64,000 nucleotides of DNA from Escherichia coli (GTDB lineage Bacteria; Pseudomonadota; Gammaproteobacteria; Enterobacterales; Enterobacteriaceae), in assembly GCF_003018235.1 (NCBI RefSeq), contig NZ_CP027437.1; one strand, 5' to 3'. The notes beneath the pieces were generated by a model. That model was not told where the DNA came from. It did not search any database and worked only from the letters and a program-made list of their open reading frames with translations. The position numbers and the translations under genes were made by a program. Shown here one piece after another: positions 33,882 through 42,765 of this stretch. The stretch's first letter is position 1, and each line of letters begins with the position of its first letter.

Positions 33882-34158
33882 CCGCAACAGCCACTTTGAT
33901 ATCAGCCTGGGTTCTCTGTGACTCCAGTGCGATCTGCTGTTTTGCATGCTGGTTAGCCTCCAGAACTGTATTGACGATTTGCAGTGATTGCAGGACGTTA
34001 TTGGTAATAGCGGTTGCCGATTCGGCATTTTGTACAGCCTCATCAGCACGTTTCTTTTCGCGCTGGTATTTGCTGTGGTAGTGGTTAGCTGACCAGACGA
34101 GAGAACCGAATAAAGTCAGGAGGAAAGCAGAAATAACCAGCTTATAGCGAAGTTTCAT
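33766..34158 (-). CDS. i-spanin Rz-like protein
   Basis: N-terminal TM helix then coiled-coil region; directly after endolysin. Confidence 0.65.
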   Translation of the reverse strand: MKLRYKLVISAFLLTLFGSLVWSANHYHSKYQREKKRADEAVQNAESATAITNNVLQSLQIVNTVLEANQHAKQQIALESQRTQADIKVAVADDDCAVRPVPAAAADRLRKFADSLRASSGYTVTGESDR

Positions 34159-34618
34159 TAACCACCCCGCCAGCTTCTTTGAATTTGGCAATCAGACTAT
34201 CGATCTTGTGTTCATACTGACCGTAGCCAGCACCGGGCAATGAGGCCCAAATATTGCTGCAACGATCAATAGCCTGACGAATATCACCCCGATCAATCAG
34301 CGGCAGCGCGCCGCGTTCTTTAATCTGCTGTAACGCCACCGCATCCTGGCTTTTCGGGGAGAAATCTTTCAGTCCAAGCTGTTTACGGTAGGCGTCCCAC
34401 CATTTCGACAGCAGTTGATAACGCCCGGCGGCGGTGGATTTCAGTTTCGGGTTAAGCGTAACCAGCTTACGTGGATGATCGGAGTAATCAGTAAGCAGTT
34501 CGCCACCAACGATAACGTCATAACCATGATTTCTGGTCTTCTGCCATCCGTTATCAGTTCCTTCTGACCACGCCAGCATATCGAGGAAGGCTTTACGCTG
34601 AGGATTAAGGTTTTGCAT
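34142..34618 (-). CDS. Endolysin, lambda R-type lytic transglycosylase
   Basis: 158-aa ORF nearly co-linear with lambda R as I recall it (…QRKAFLDMLAWSEGTDNG…DYSDHPRKLVTLNPKLKSTAAGRYQLLS…). Confidence 0.9.
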   Translation of the reverse strand: MQNLNPQRKAFLDMLAWSEGTDNGWQKTRNHGYDVIVGGELLTDYSDHPRKLVTLNPKLKSTAAGRYQLLSKWWDAYRKQLGLKDFSPKSQDAVALQQIKERGALPLIDRGDIRQAIDRCSNIWASLPGAGYGQYEHKIDSLIAKFKEAGGVVNETSL

Positions 34619-34922
34619 TTTTCACCCCTGTCAGTCGTTCCCAGAAGTAAGTCAGCGCAACTGAACCCATTGCACCGCTGATCCCTGCTGTGGCGAGAAT
34701 CATGTAAATGCTAAATCCGCTTTCGATACTTATCAGGCCACCAATAACACCGGTAAAACCCGATACCACTATCTGAGCCAGAGCATTAATCCAGCTCCAT
34801 GTTGCTTTGCTCTGCTTCACATCAATCAGGTAACGGACAAGCCCGCCCCAGCACGCGAAGATCAGCAGAACGAGCCAGGACATCCCGGCAATGCTCTCTT
34901 TTTCGTGCATATGAATAGCCAT
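34605..34922 (-). CDS. Putative holin (start uncertain)
   Basis: Hydrophobic protein with 2-3 predicted TM segments immediately upstream of endolysin. Confidence 0.6.
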   Translation of the reverse strand: MAIHMHEKESIAGMSWLVLLIFACWGGLVRYLIDVKQSKATWSWINALAQIVVSGFTGVIGGLISIESGFSIYMILATAGISGAMGSVALTYFWERLTGVKNAKP

Positions 34923-34951
34923 GATTTTGCCGCCGACGGATGATCGGGACT

Positions 34952-35449
34952 CTAAATGATAGGGAACAGACTCACGGGGTAATTTAACGACAAAGCACGG
35001 AGTTGAAGATCCCCACAAGCCTGGAATAAAAAAGCCAGCGACAGGCTGGCAATGTGAGGGTAACGCAAAGTGCTTAGAAACAAAAAAAGGCCGCCATCGG
35101 CGACCTTCGAGGTATCTAGCGTGCTGGATACTTTCAGCTTCGCCTTCAATTCAGCGTTGATTTCTTTCAGGCGATCAACATCGTTTTTAAGTTTTTCAAT
35201 GTCTTGCCCTTTATTATCAAGGTCGCGCTGAAGACCTTTAATAATTTCTGTTTGGGCCGCCTGTACTTCTCGTGTCGTCTGGAGAGACTTATCAATATCA
35301 TCAACTTGGTTAATCAAGCGTGTACCGAAAAAGCCTACAACTAACATAGTTATCCCAACCATAAAGTTGAGAACCCAGACTTTTGTTCCGGAAGCAGTGT
35401 TTGGAGTTTCGTCGATAAAGTGCACCTTATGCCAGTTAAAGTTACCCAA
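34952..35449 (-). CDS. Hypothetical membrane-anchored coiled-coil protein; may be partly read-through
   Basis: ORF with one TM segment and a K/E-rich coiled coil upstream of holin. Confidence 0.3.
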   Translation of the reverse strand: MGNFNWHKVHFIDETPNTASGTKVWVLNFMVGITMLVVGFFGTRLINQVDDIDKSLQTTREVQAAQTEIIKGLQRDLDNKGQDIEKLKNDVDRLKEINAELKAKLKVSSTLDTSKVADGGLFLFLSTLRYPHIASLSLAFLFQACGDLQLRALSLNYPVSLFPII

Positions 35450-35908
35450 CGTCTGCGCAGATCGTTAGATTCGGCAACATTGTAACTGGATAAGGAATAG
35501 AAAACCTTGGAATTTTAAGAAGAAACTGATTGATCGATTATTTAACGAGCGAACACATCCATACACCCCAGACGGGTACTACGACAAAGGCCATGAAATA
35601 AGTAACTTTTGCTTGAATGTTTTGCATTTCGCTTCCTTAGCAGTCCGATAAGTACTGTCTGCTCATCCAACCTAACGAATGTAGATCAGAATGACAAGTC
35701 TTTCGCGCTAATTTCAATTTGATATCTGTTCGTAAACATGATGGCGCGAAATATTACGCATGAAGTGCTTCTACATCAACATAAAAGTTACTTTTTTTGT
35801 GTTCACAGCATGTAAAGTAAAAGCCCCGCACGATGGCGAGGCTGTTAATTCTTTGTCGACCAACAAAGCTATGGCGACGATATCAGATTTACATGAAATA
35901 TAAGCGTT
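35450..35908 (-). promoter_or_regulatory. Probable late promoter / Q-utilisation region between Q-like gene and lysis cassette
   Basis: Long non-coding AT-rich gap in the position of lambda PR'-qut; no specific site assigned. Confidence 0.3.
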
Positions 35909-36598
35909 TCAGTTCGGTTTTGCAAGACTTACGTGCAAACTTGTCGCCTTTTGTTGTGAACGTGATCGCGTTACTGAGATAAGCGCACCGCTATCGAGTC
36001 GCATAAAGCAGCTACGCATTGCCAACCAGTGAGGCAGGTATGTCTCTGTCCAGGTGGATTTCGCCACGCCAACCAGTTCCGCCAGCTTCTGGTATTCGTA
36101 GGCATCTTTCCCGACCAACCCTGCTTTGACATCCTGCGCTGCCAGCCATATCAGCTTCTTCAGGCGCTCCATGGTCTTGCCTGCCACCCTCTTCGCGCCG
36201 AGATACCCCCTGAATTCAGACCACGCCCACTGGGTGATCGCCACCTGGTATTCAAAGCTGATGTTTTCACTGTAACTCCACAGCAACCACGCTTTCTGAT
36301 GTTCTTCGAGAGACAGAACCGCGCGGCGCCATGAAGATGTTGAGAACTCAACCTGGCTGACCAGTGCAATGGATGAACCTTTTGCGTACGACTGCTTACC
36401 GGAAATCGGCGGATTATCCAGCGTAATCATCTTGCCCGTTACCTCATCCAGAATGCGCGGCTTCTTTCGTTTATATGTACCAGTATCAAATTGTGCATGC
36501 TCCAGCCAGGCTTCAAGCTGGCCTTTCGTTGCTCCGCTCAAATCAGCAGTAGCCACAATGAGTTGCTCGCGGACATACTGTAAATATTGGGTATTCAT
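35909..36598 (-). CDS. Putative late-gene antiterminator (Q-like)
   Basis: 229-aa ORF located between rusA and the lysis cassette, the canonical Q position; not similar to lambda Q, assignment positional. Confidence 0.5.
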   Translation of the reverse strand: MNTQYLQYVREQLIVATADLSGATKGQLEAWLEHAQFDTGTYKRKKPRILDEVTGKMITLDNPPISGKQSYAKGSSIALVSQVEFSTSSWRRAVLSLEEHQKAWLLWSYSENISFEYQVAITQWAWSEFRGYLGAKRVAGKTMERLKKLIWLAAQDVKAGLVGKDAYEYQKLAELVGVAKSTWTETYLPHWLAMRSCFMRLDSGALISVTRSRSQQKATSLHVSLAKPN

Positions 36599-36731
36599 GC
36601 GGCAGCTCCTTTCAGTGTTTTGGCGTAATTCTTCAGTATCCGGTAATCGGTCAAAACAGAACCGGGGAAACGATATAAGCGCAGGCGCATCCAGCGGTGG
36701 CGAAGACGTTCTGCCATATAAGACTCAAACA

Positions 36732-37094
36732 TCATTCATTCCCCAGTTCGGTGATGGTCAGCTCCAGCTTCCCACCTTTGGTAACGGGCATCTTCACAAC
36801 ACGGTAATCAACGACCTGAACATCATCCAGCCAGAAACCTGCTTTGGTGAGTGCGTCAAAAGCGGCTTTTTGCAGATTATCCAGGTCACGGCGACGGCGA
36901 TCCGGCATGTGGCACTCAATACGGATTTTCACAGGCATAGCCAGGCCGATATCCAGCATTGCGTTTTTAATGATTTGGGCGACGTTATCGCGGTATGCCT
37001 GCCCCTCTGCGCTGACGTGCGTGCGCCCGCGATTATGGCGGTAATAGCGATTATTGCTCGGAGGCCAGGGTAATGTGATGCTGTAGGTATTCAC
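36732..37094 (-). CDS. rusA: Holliday junction resolvase RusA
   Basis: 120-aa ORF, near-identical to RusA as recalled ([23 protein letters not shown]…). Confidence 0.9.
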   Translation of the reverse strand: MNTYSITLPWPPSNNRYYRHNRGRTHVSAEGQAYRDNVAQIIKNAMLDIGLAMPVKIRIECHMPDRRRRDLDNLQKAAFDALTKAGFWLDDVQVVDYRVVKMPVTKGGKLELTITELGNE

Positions 37095-37381
37095 GCCTTA
37101 ATAACCCCCTCTTTCAGCCAGATAACCTGTGTTCTCGCCATACCTTCCAGCGCGCATTCTTTTGCATATCCAGCGTCAACAAAATGCGTGCGACGGTCGA
37201 TCTCATCGTGACAGGCAGAACATGCAATGGTGGCAATCAGGTCTGGCGGTTTGGTACCGGTGCCACACAATCCAGCCAGCCGGATATGTGCCAGTACAGA
37301 CGTTTCAGGGTTGCCATTACATATGCCAGGGATTCTTACCTGGCATTCCCGACCACGCGCTGCTTTTCTCAAATCAGCCAT
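37091..37381 (-). CDS. ybcO: YbcO-like nin-region protein
   Basis: ORF overlapping rusA start; Cys-rich motif; matches DLP12 YbcO. Confidence 0.7.
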   Translation of the reverse strand: MADLRKAARGRECQVRIPGICNGNPETSVLAHIRLAGLCGTGTKPPDLIATIACSACHDEIDRRTHFVDAGYAKECALEGMARTQVIWLKEGVIKA

Positions 37382-37541
37382 GATTCCTCCTTGCTGCCAG
37401 TCGCAACCATTTTTTATCAACCAGGCTGGCGGTATACCCTAGCAGCGTTGGTATTTCGGATGGCTTCAGCTCAGGCTTACGCTTACGACGATTTGGTACT
37501 CTGTAGATGTGTCCGTTCATGACCCGAATAAGCGGTGTAGT
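37374..37541 (-). CDS. ninE: NinE-like protein
   Basis: 55-aa basic ORF in the conserved nin order. Confidence 0.55.
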   Translation of the reverse strand, partial: TTPLIRVMNGHIYRVPNRRKRKPELKPSEIPTLLGYTASLVDKKWLRLAARRNHG

Positions 37542-37543
37542 CA

Positions 37544-37999
37544 TTACGCCTCCTGCTTGTCGCGCAGCAGCTGGAACTCGCAGCTCTGTGGAATAGTCAG
37601 GTGGCAACCAATATTCATCGCCCAGGCTTCAACCTTACACAGGAAGACATACATCTCTCCGGTATCAAGATCGGAGGTATGGCGTAACGACTGGATAGTG
37701 GTGATATCACCGGTTACGACATCAACCAGGTCTTTGGTTTCATAACCGAGATATGTGTGTTTGAGAGCATCTTTTACCCAAGCTGGAGTGGCGAACGTTT
37801 TACCCCTGCTGATGAGGTATTCACTGATTTCGCTGTACCACATGTGGCTGAGTGCATTCTGGGAAAGACTGCGTCTCTCGCGCCACGGTTTAAGCACCAT
37901 GCGAAAGCATTTGCCGTCCTCCAGATAAGGCTGGATCTGCCGACCGATAGCGGTGAAGTTACCGCGATGCAATTTGATACCATCTTGTGGGAGGTTCAC
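37544..37999 (-). CDS. ybcN: YbcN-like nin-region protein
   Basis: 151-aa ORF matching DLP12 YbcN as recalled. Confidence 0.7.
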   Translation of the reverse strand: MNLPQDGIKLHRGNFTAIGRQIQPYLEDGKCFRMVLKPWRERRSLSQNALSHMWYSEISEYLISRGKTFATPAWVKDALKHTYLGYETKDLVDVVTGDITTIQSLRHTSDLDTGEMYVFLCKVEAWAMNIGCHLTIPQSCEFQLLRDKQEA

Positions 38000-38191
38000 G
38001 CTTCACCTCCGCAGAGATCAAACGCTGGATGCAAAATATCGCAGGTGCATTTCTGCATCTGTGAATGGAGAAGAGAGGTTGGATTGTATGTGCGCATAAA
38101 CGTCCCCGTTTAGCGCAGAAGTCACCGGAGGAGTTCAAACTCTGGTGACTTAATTATGGCAAGTTGATTGTTGAAAATCAATTTAGTGGAT

Positions 38192-38974
38192 TTAGGCGCA
38201 ATACAAAGGATCATTAGCAGCTCTAATACCGCCCTGAATCGCAAGCCCTGTATGGCAATTTGACATTGAGCATGATTGCCATCTGTGCAAGGGACCTCCA
38301 TTAATCGAAACTTCCAGCAGATCTTTATCTCCTTTCATCCTGACCCCTTCATACAACATATCAAGACGCTCAACAATCAATCCTGTTGGAGGTTCCATTT
38401 TTAGAACGAGGGCAAACTCTCCTGGCCCACGTCGTATTGTTATACGCGGGCCGGTACACTCCACATCCCAATTGTCTGATTTAGCTTTCCATTCATTTTC
38501 ATCTATCAGTAAAGTCTCCTTACCAATAGAATTACAGAAAATTCCTGATAAAAGCATCGGTCCATGTGGTATGGGTGAAGGTTTCACAGAAAGAATGGGT
38601 TGTTCGTTGACTACAATCAAATTTTGACAGTTATGAAACGTCACTCCTGCAAATTTTACTGTTATAGGCTCATTATGAAAATCAAACATTTCATTTGCAA
38701 AACCAGCCTGTAAGCACTTGGGATTTCTGTCAGCTATTTCCACTGTCTGTGCTGAAAGTCTACCACGAGCTCTTTTTTGATTGCATTGGGAGCAAAGAAG
38801 TGTCATTCCATTCGGATCATGTACTTTGGCATCAACGAAGTCAGGTTTAAAATGCTCATAATCATAAAATCCAAATCCACAAATTACACAGCCAAAGCCG
38901 CACCTTTGCCTTATCTGACGTTTTATTGTCTCAGGTATTCTTCTTGAGAGCCCGTGTTTATTAATATTGTCCAT
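38192..38974 (-). CDS. Hypothetical protein with N-terminal HNH/His-Me-finger nuclease motif and uncharacterised C-terminal domain (260 aa)
   Basis: CGFGCVICG…YEHFKPDF…HDPNGMTLLCSQCNQKR fits the CxxC…(D/E)H…N…CxxC(N/H) HNH pattern; AT-rich gene flanked by non-coding spacers. Confidence 0.55.
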   Translation of the reverse strand: MDNINKHGLSRRIPETIKRQIRQRCGFGCVICGFGFYDYEHFKPDFVDAKVHDPNGMTLLCSQCNQKRARGRLSAQTVEIADRNPKCLQAGFANEMFDFHNEPITVKFAGVTFHNCQNLIVVNEQPILSVKPSPIPHGPMLLSGIFCNSIGKETLLIDENEWKAKSDNWDVECTGPRITIRRGPGEFALVLKMEPPTGLIVERLDMLYEGVRMKGDKDLLEVSINGGPLHRWQSCSMSNCHTGLAIQGGIRAANDPLYCA

Positions 38975-39148
38975 ATGGTTAGTACGCTATAAGTTTGTTT
39001 CTATAATTTTACCACAATAGATAAGTTTGTATCAGAAATCGCTATATGGAGTGAGCGGAATATTTATATTATTCATGCAATTGCTCTCCCGTACGCAGCC
39101 CGCACTTCCGTCATCGCAGAATGACGGAAGCCTTACTAACTAGCGCCT

Positions 39149-39472
39149 TTATTGAAACAGATTCTGAGGTAAATGCGGCAATACTCGACTCCACTTATCA
39201 TCCTGCCACGGCTGAAGTTTTACATGTGCCGTTTCTCGGACGAGGATTGCTCGCGCTCTGTTGAGTATCTGGGGATATTCTTGCTCGATGGAAGTGAAGT
39301 GACCAGCTTCACCATGCTCCGCATCCTGAAGAAGATGAGTAACGTTCTGGTAGGCAATTAACATCACATTCCCTGCTCGCCATAACCAGGCGAGTGTGCA
39401 AAGTTCGTTATCAGTGAATTGTTTTGTGATTGGGGATTGTTGAACTGCTAGAACGAGAACGCCAGCATCCAT
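39149..39472 (-). CDS. Hypothetical protein (107 aa), no recognisable motif
   Basis: ATG ORF in the AT-rich cargo region between ybcK and the HNH-like gene. Confidence 0.45.
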   Translation of the reverse strand: MDAGVLVLAVQQSPITKQFTDNELCTLAWLWRAGNVMLIAYQNVTHLLQDAEHGEAGHFTSIEQEYPQILNRARAILVRETAHVKLQPWQDDKWSRVLPHLPQNLFQ

Positions 39473-39583
39473 TGGCAGTCCCTATAGTAAAACCATAGCT
39501 CAGGACGCTTCGTTCAGGATAGATAATTTTATTGTACTTACCTAACTTTCTTACTATAGCACGGTTGAAAAAGTGATTATTAC

Positions 39584-41110
39584 TCAAAAATAAACCTCAC
39601 CATCAACCATATATTTGAGAGTACTTATCGCCTGCCGGGCGGATATTGTTTTCATTAAAGGATAGTGTTTAAAAACAATGCCATTCATAAAATAGATATC
39701 ACAGGTTTTATTATCTGTATTGATTATGATTTTTTCGAATGTTTTATAGGCAAGTGTACGACATAGCTCTCGCCCATTTTTACTGGTTAAGTCAATAGCA
39801 TGAAAATCACCAAGTGAGCTCACCGCTTTACTCTTCAAAGTTTTTAATGATACAGAAGCCCTTCGTAATTCCTTATCTAATACTCTGATTTTTTCTGCTA
39901 TAGCGGTAACTTCAGGCGCAACAGATAATGCAGCAATTAAATTATTAATTTTCATATGGAGCTCAATAATTCTCAACTCTAAAGTTTCATTAGCATCTTT
40001 CTTGTTTTCAACTGGTTGGATTTTACTACAATTAAAAAGCAACTCATTAATGATATTATAATCAACCAAATCTCTCTTTATTGATGGCCTGCCACATCGA
40101 TGCAGTCTTCTCATCGGACAAACATAATAGCCATGCAAACTTCCAGATACCGCATGAACAATCATGGTATTACCACAAGCCTCGCACTTCATAACTGTTC
40201 GAAGTAGATTTATCAACATAGGATTTTTGCTACTATTGCTAATACCAAAAGGTGCCAACCGAATTTCCTGCACAGCGTAAAACAAATCATCTGATATGAC
40301 TCTGGGATAATAGCCAGCGATTTCACTTATTCCTTTACCTCTTGCACGATATGAAGGTACGCATATACCTATCAGAGCTTTATTCGCTAATAATTTTTCA
40401 ATTACAGAAGGCCCCCATGCACTTTCTTTTCCTGAGAAATTCTTTACAGCATGATCATTTAAATACTTGGCTATTGCATTCAATGAGCGCCTTTCCATCC
40501 TGAGTTTAAAAATTAGCTCAATAGTTTTCACCCTGTCGGGGTCTGGAACAAAAGCCGTTCTTTTGTCATCTAAGGAGAGCCATCTCGGACAAGACGCCGT
40601 CATAATCGTACCTGATTCCAGTGCATCCTGCCGTTTTTTCTTCCATGATAATTTAACCCGACTTGACTTTATCTCGCTTTCTTCATTTGCCCTTTGTGCT
40701 ATAAGTATGGCTTTTATTAATGAATATGGCTCATTCAAAGAGTCAATATTATAGACTGTATTGTCGCAAAGAGTTATAACATCAATACCGTGATTCAAAA
40801 TCAATTTCAGACGTTCAATCGCTTCACCGACTTTTTCTCTTGAAAGTCTGTCCAGACTTTCAACTAACAATGTAGTTCCTGGCAATATATAACCATGCTC
40901 TATAGCATCTAAAAATTCCGAAAAAGCTCCTGATTGTGCATGCTTTCCTTTGAATGCACTTAATCCTAAATCTTCATATGTTATGGTATCAAGATAATAA
41001 TCACTATTTACCTTTAACCATTCAGCAATAAGTCTTCTCTGTCGGTTTAATGAGTCGCCAGACATCTGACCTGGTGATGAAAATCGCATATATGCTATGG
41101 CTTTTTTCAT
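39584..41110 (-). CDS. ybcK: Large serine recombinase (YbcK-like, 508 aa)
   Basis: N-terminal resolvase catalytic region (AIAYMRFSSPGQ…SLDRLSR) and C-terminal Cys-rich zinc ribbon; size equals DLP12 YbcK. Confidence 0.8.
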   Translation of the reverse strand: MKKAIAYMRFSSPGQMSGDSLNRQRRLIAEWLKVNSDYYLDTITYEDLGLSAFKGKHAQSGAFSEFLDAIEHGYILPGTTLLVESLDRLSREKVGEAIERLKLILNHGIDVITLCDNTVYNIDSLNEPYSLIKAILIAQRANEESEIKSSRVKLSWKKKRQDALESGTIMTASCPRWLSLDDKRTAFVPDPDRVKTIELIFKLRMERRSLNAIAKYLNDHAVKNFSGKESAWGPSVIEKLLANKALIGICVPSYRARGKGISEIAGYYPRVISDDLFYAVQEIRLAPFGISNSSKNPMLINLLRTVMKCEACGNTMIVHAVSGSLHGYYVCPMRRLHRCGRPSIKRDLVDYNIINELLFNCSKIQPVENKKDANETLELRIIELHMKINNLIAALSVAPEVTAIAEKIRVLDKELRRASVSLKTLKSKAVSSLGDFHAIDLTSKNGRELCRTLAYKTFEKIIINTDNKTCDIYFMNGIVFKHYPLMKTISARQAISTLKYMVDGEVYF

Positions 41111-41364
41111 GGTGACACCTGCTAACGTATGCTTTTATAAACCTTAGTGGCGAGATATAATTTTTGTTTAATTTTTATTTAAAAAGACAATTAAGGTCAC
41201 ATTATCTTGAATATACAACAATAATCGTATTGCAATTTTCTTACGCCATAATCTTGAAAGCACAAAAGAATACATAAAAAATAAAGACATTAACAAAAAG
41301 CATAAAACGAGGCTCATATAAATATAAGAGCCTCCATATTTTAGTCGTTTAGAAACAAATTATT

Positions 41365-41697
41365 TTAATGTGGTGTGCTTCGTGACAATAAATTAATAAC
41401 CAACACACCGGCACAAATCAACATCATGCCTATAATGGCTGGCAGGTCCAGCCGTTGGCCGAAAAATCCCCATGACAGTAAGCTAATCAGGACAATACCG
41501 ACTCCTGACCAGATAGCATAAGCAATCCCTGTAGGAATATAAGCCAGCGTCTGAGCTAATAACCAGAATGATGCACAATAACAAATAATTGTACCAACAG
41601 ATGGCCATAACCGTGTAAAACCTTCTGAAAACTTCATTAAGGTTGTACCAATGACCTCTGCAAGTATTGCACCACCAAGATAAATATAAGGATTCAT
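41365..41697 (-). CDS. emrE: SMR-family multidrug efflux protein EmrE
   Basis: 110-aa four-TM protein starting MNPYIYLGGAILAEVIGTTLMK; matches EmrE. Confidence 0.9.
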   Translation of the reverse strand: MNPYIYLGGAILAEVIGTTLMKFSEGFTRLWPSVGTIICYCASFWLLAQTLAYIPTGIAYAIWSGVGIVLISLLSWGFFGQRLDLPAIIGMMLICAGVLVINLLSRSTPH

Positions 41698-41764
41698 AGC
41701 ATATTCTTTCCTGTTCAAACTGGAGAGAATTGTACTACAGTTTGAACTCAACTCACCTGTTTCA

Positions 41765-42067
41765 TCATTGTGTACCCATTGATGTTCTTTTATATACCCT
41801 CAATACCCGTTTCATCGCGGCACTCTGGCGACACTCCTTAAAAATCAGATTCGTGCTCACCTTTCCTTCCCGTTCTTCTCTGGTAGCGAACCGGTAATAC
41901 ACCGTTCGCCAGACCTTACCATCAACGACCAGGATTCCTGCCCGCGCCATTTTAGCCGCAGCCTGATTTATGCTGGTTACGGTTGCGCCTGTTACCGCGG
42001 CAACGTCCTGTGCACAGAAGCTCTTATGCGTCCCCAGGTAATGAATAATTGCCTCTTTGCCCGTCAT
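41765..42067 (-). CDS. Ren-like protein
   Basis: 100-aa ORF immediately downstream of P, the position of lambda ren. Confidence 0.5.
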   Translation of the reverse strand: MTGKEAIIHYLGTHKSFCAQDVAAVTGATVTSINQAAAKMARAGILVVDGKVWRTVYYRFATREEREGKVSTNLIFKECRQSAAMKRVLRVYKRTSMGTQ

Positions 42068-42765
42068 ACACTTGCTCCTTTCAGTCCGAACTTAGCTTTG
42101 ATTTCTGCGATCTTCGCCAGAGCCTGTGCACGATTTAGAGGTCTACCGCCCATGACAGGAAGTTGTTTTACTGGTTCAGGTATCGCCTCACCACGGTTAA
42201 TTCGCGCGGTCATACAGGACAGTTCATCGGCAGCCTTGCGCCGTAATTCCGCGTCAGTCAACGCATTGGCCCGCATGTTCTGATACAGGTTGGTAACCAG
42301 CCAGTAGTGCGCGTTTGATTTCCACGGATAAGACTCTGCATCCGGATACAGACCACGCTTCCGGCAATACTCGTAAACCATATCAACCAGCTCGCTGACG
42401 TTTGGCAGCCCGGCGGTAACGGATGCTTCTTCCCGGCACCATGCAACAAACTGCCCGGGTGATGGCAGAAATGGTCTATTCTGCCGACGGGCAACACGCA
42501 TTCCGGCGCTCACCTGTTCCATCGTGGTGATCCCGTTTTCCCGGAAAGCCAGAACCCACTGGCGGCGGATTTCGTTCAGTTCGTTCTGGTCACGATTAGC
42601 CAGGCTCGCCGGGAAAGTTGCCAGTAACTGGCTGAATACACCGTTGATTATCTGCGCTACCTGCTGTACCTGCGGCTTTTCGTCGTACTGTTCCGGCATG
42701 TTGTTGGCGATCCGACGCATCTGCTCACGGTCAAAGTTAATCATCTGTGCGGCGATGTTTTTCAT
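42064..42765 (-). CDS. Replication protein P (DnaB helicase loader, lambda P-like)
   Basis: 233-aa ORF following O; length and sequence consistent with lambda P. Confidence 0.8.
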   Translation of the reverse strand: MKNIAAQMINFDREQMRRIANNMPEQYDEKPQVQQVAQIINGVFSQLLATFPASLANRDQNELNEIRRQWVLAFRENGITTMEQVSAGMRVARRQNRPFLPSPGQFVAWCREEASVTAGLPNVSELVDMVYEYCRKRGLYPDAESYPWKSNAHYWLVTNLYQNMRANALTDAELRRKAADELSCMTARINRGEAIPEPVKQLPVMGGRPLNRAQALAKIAEIKAKFGLKGASV

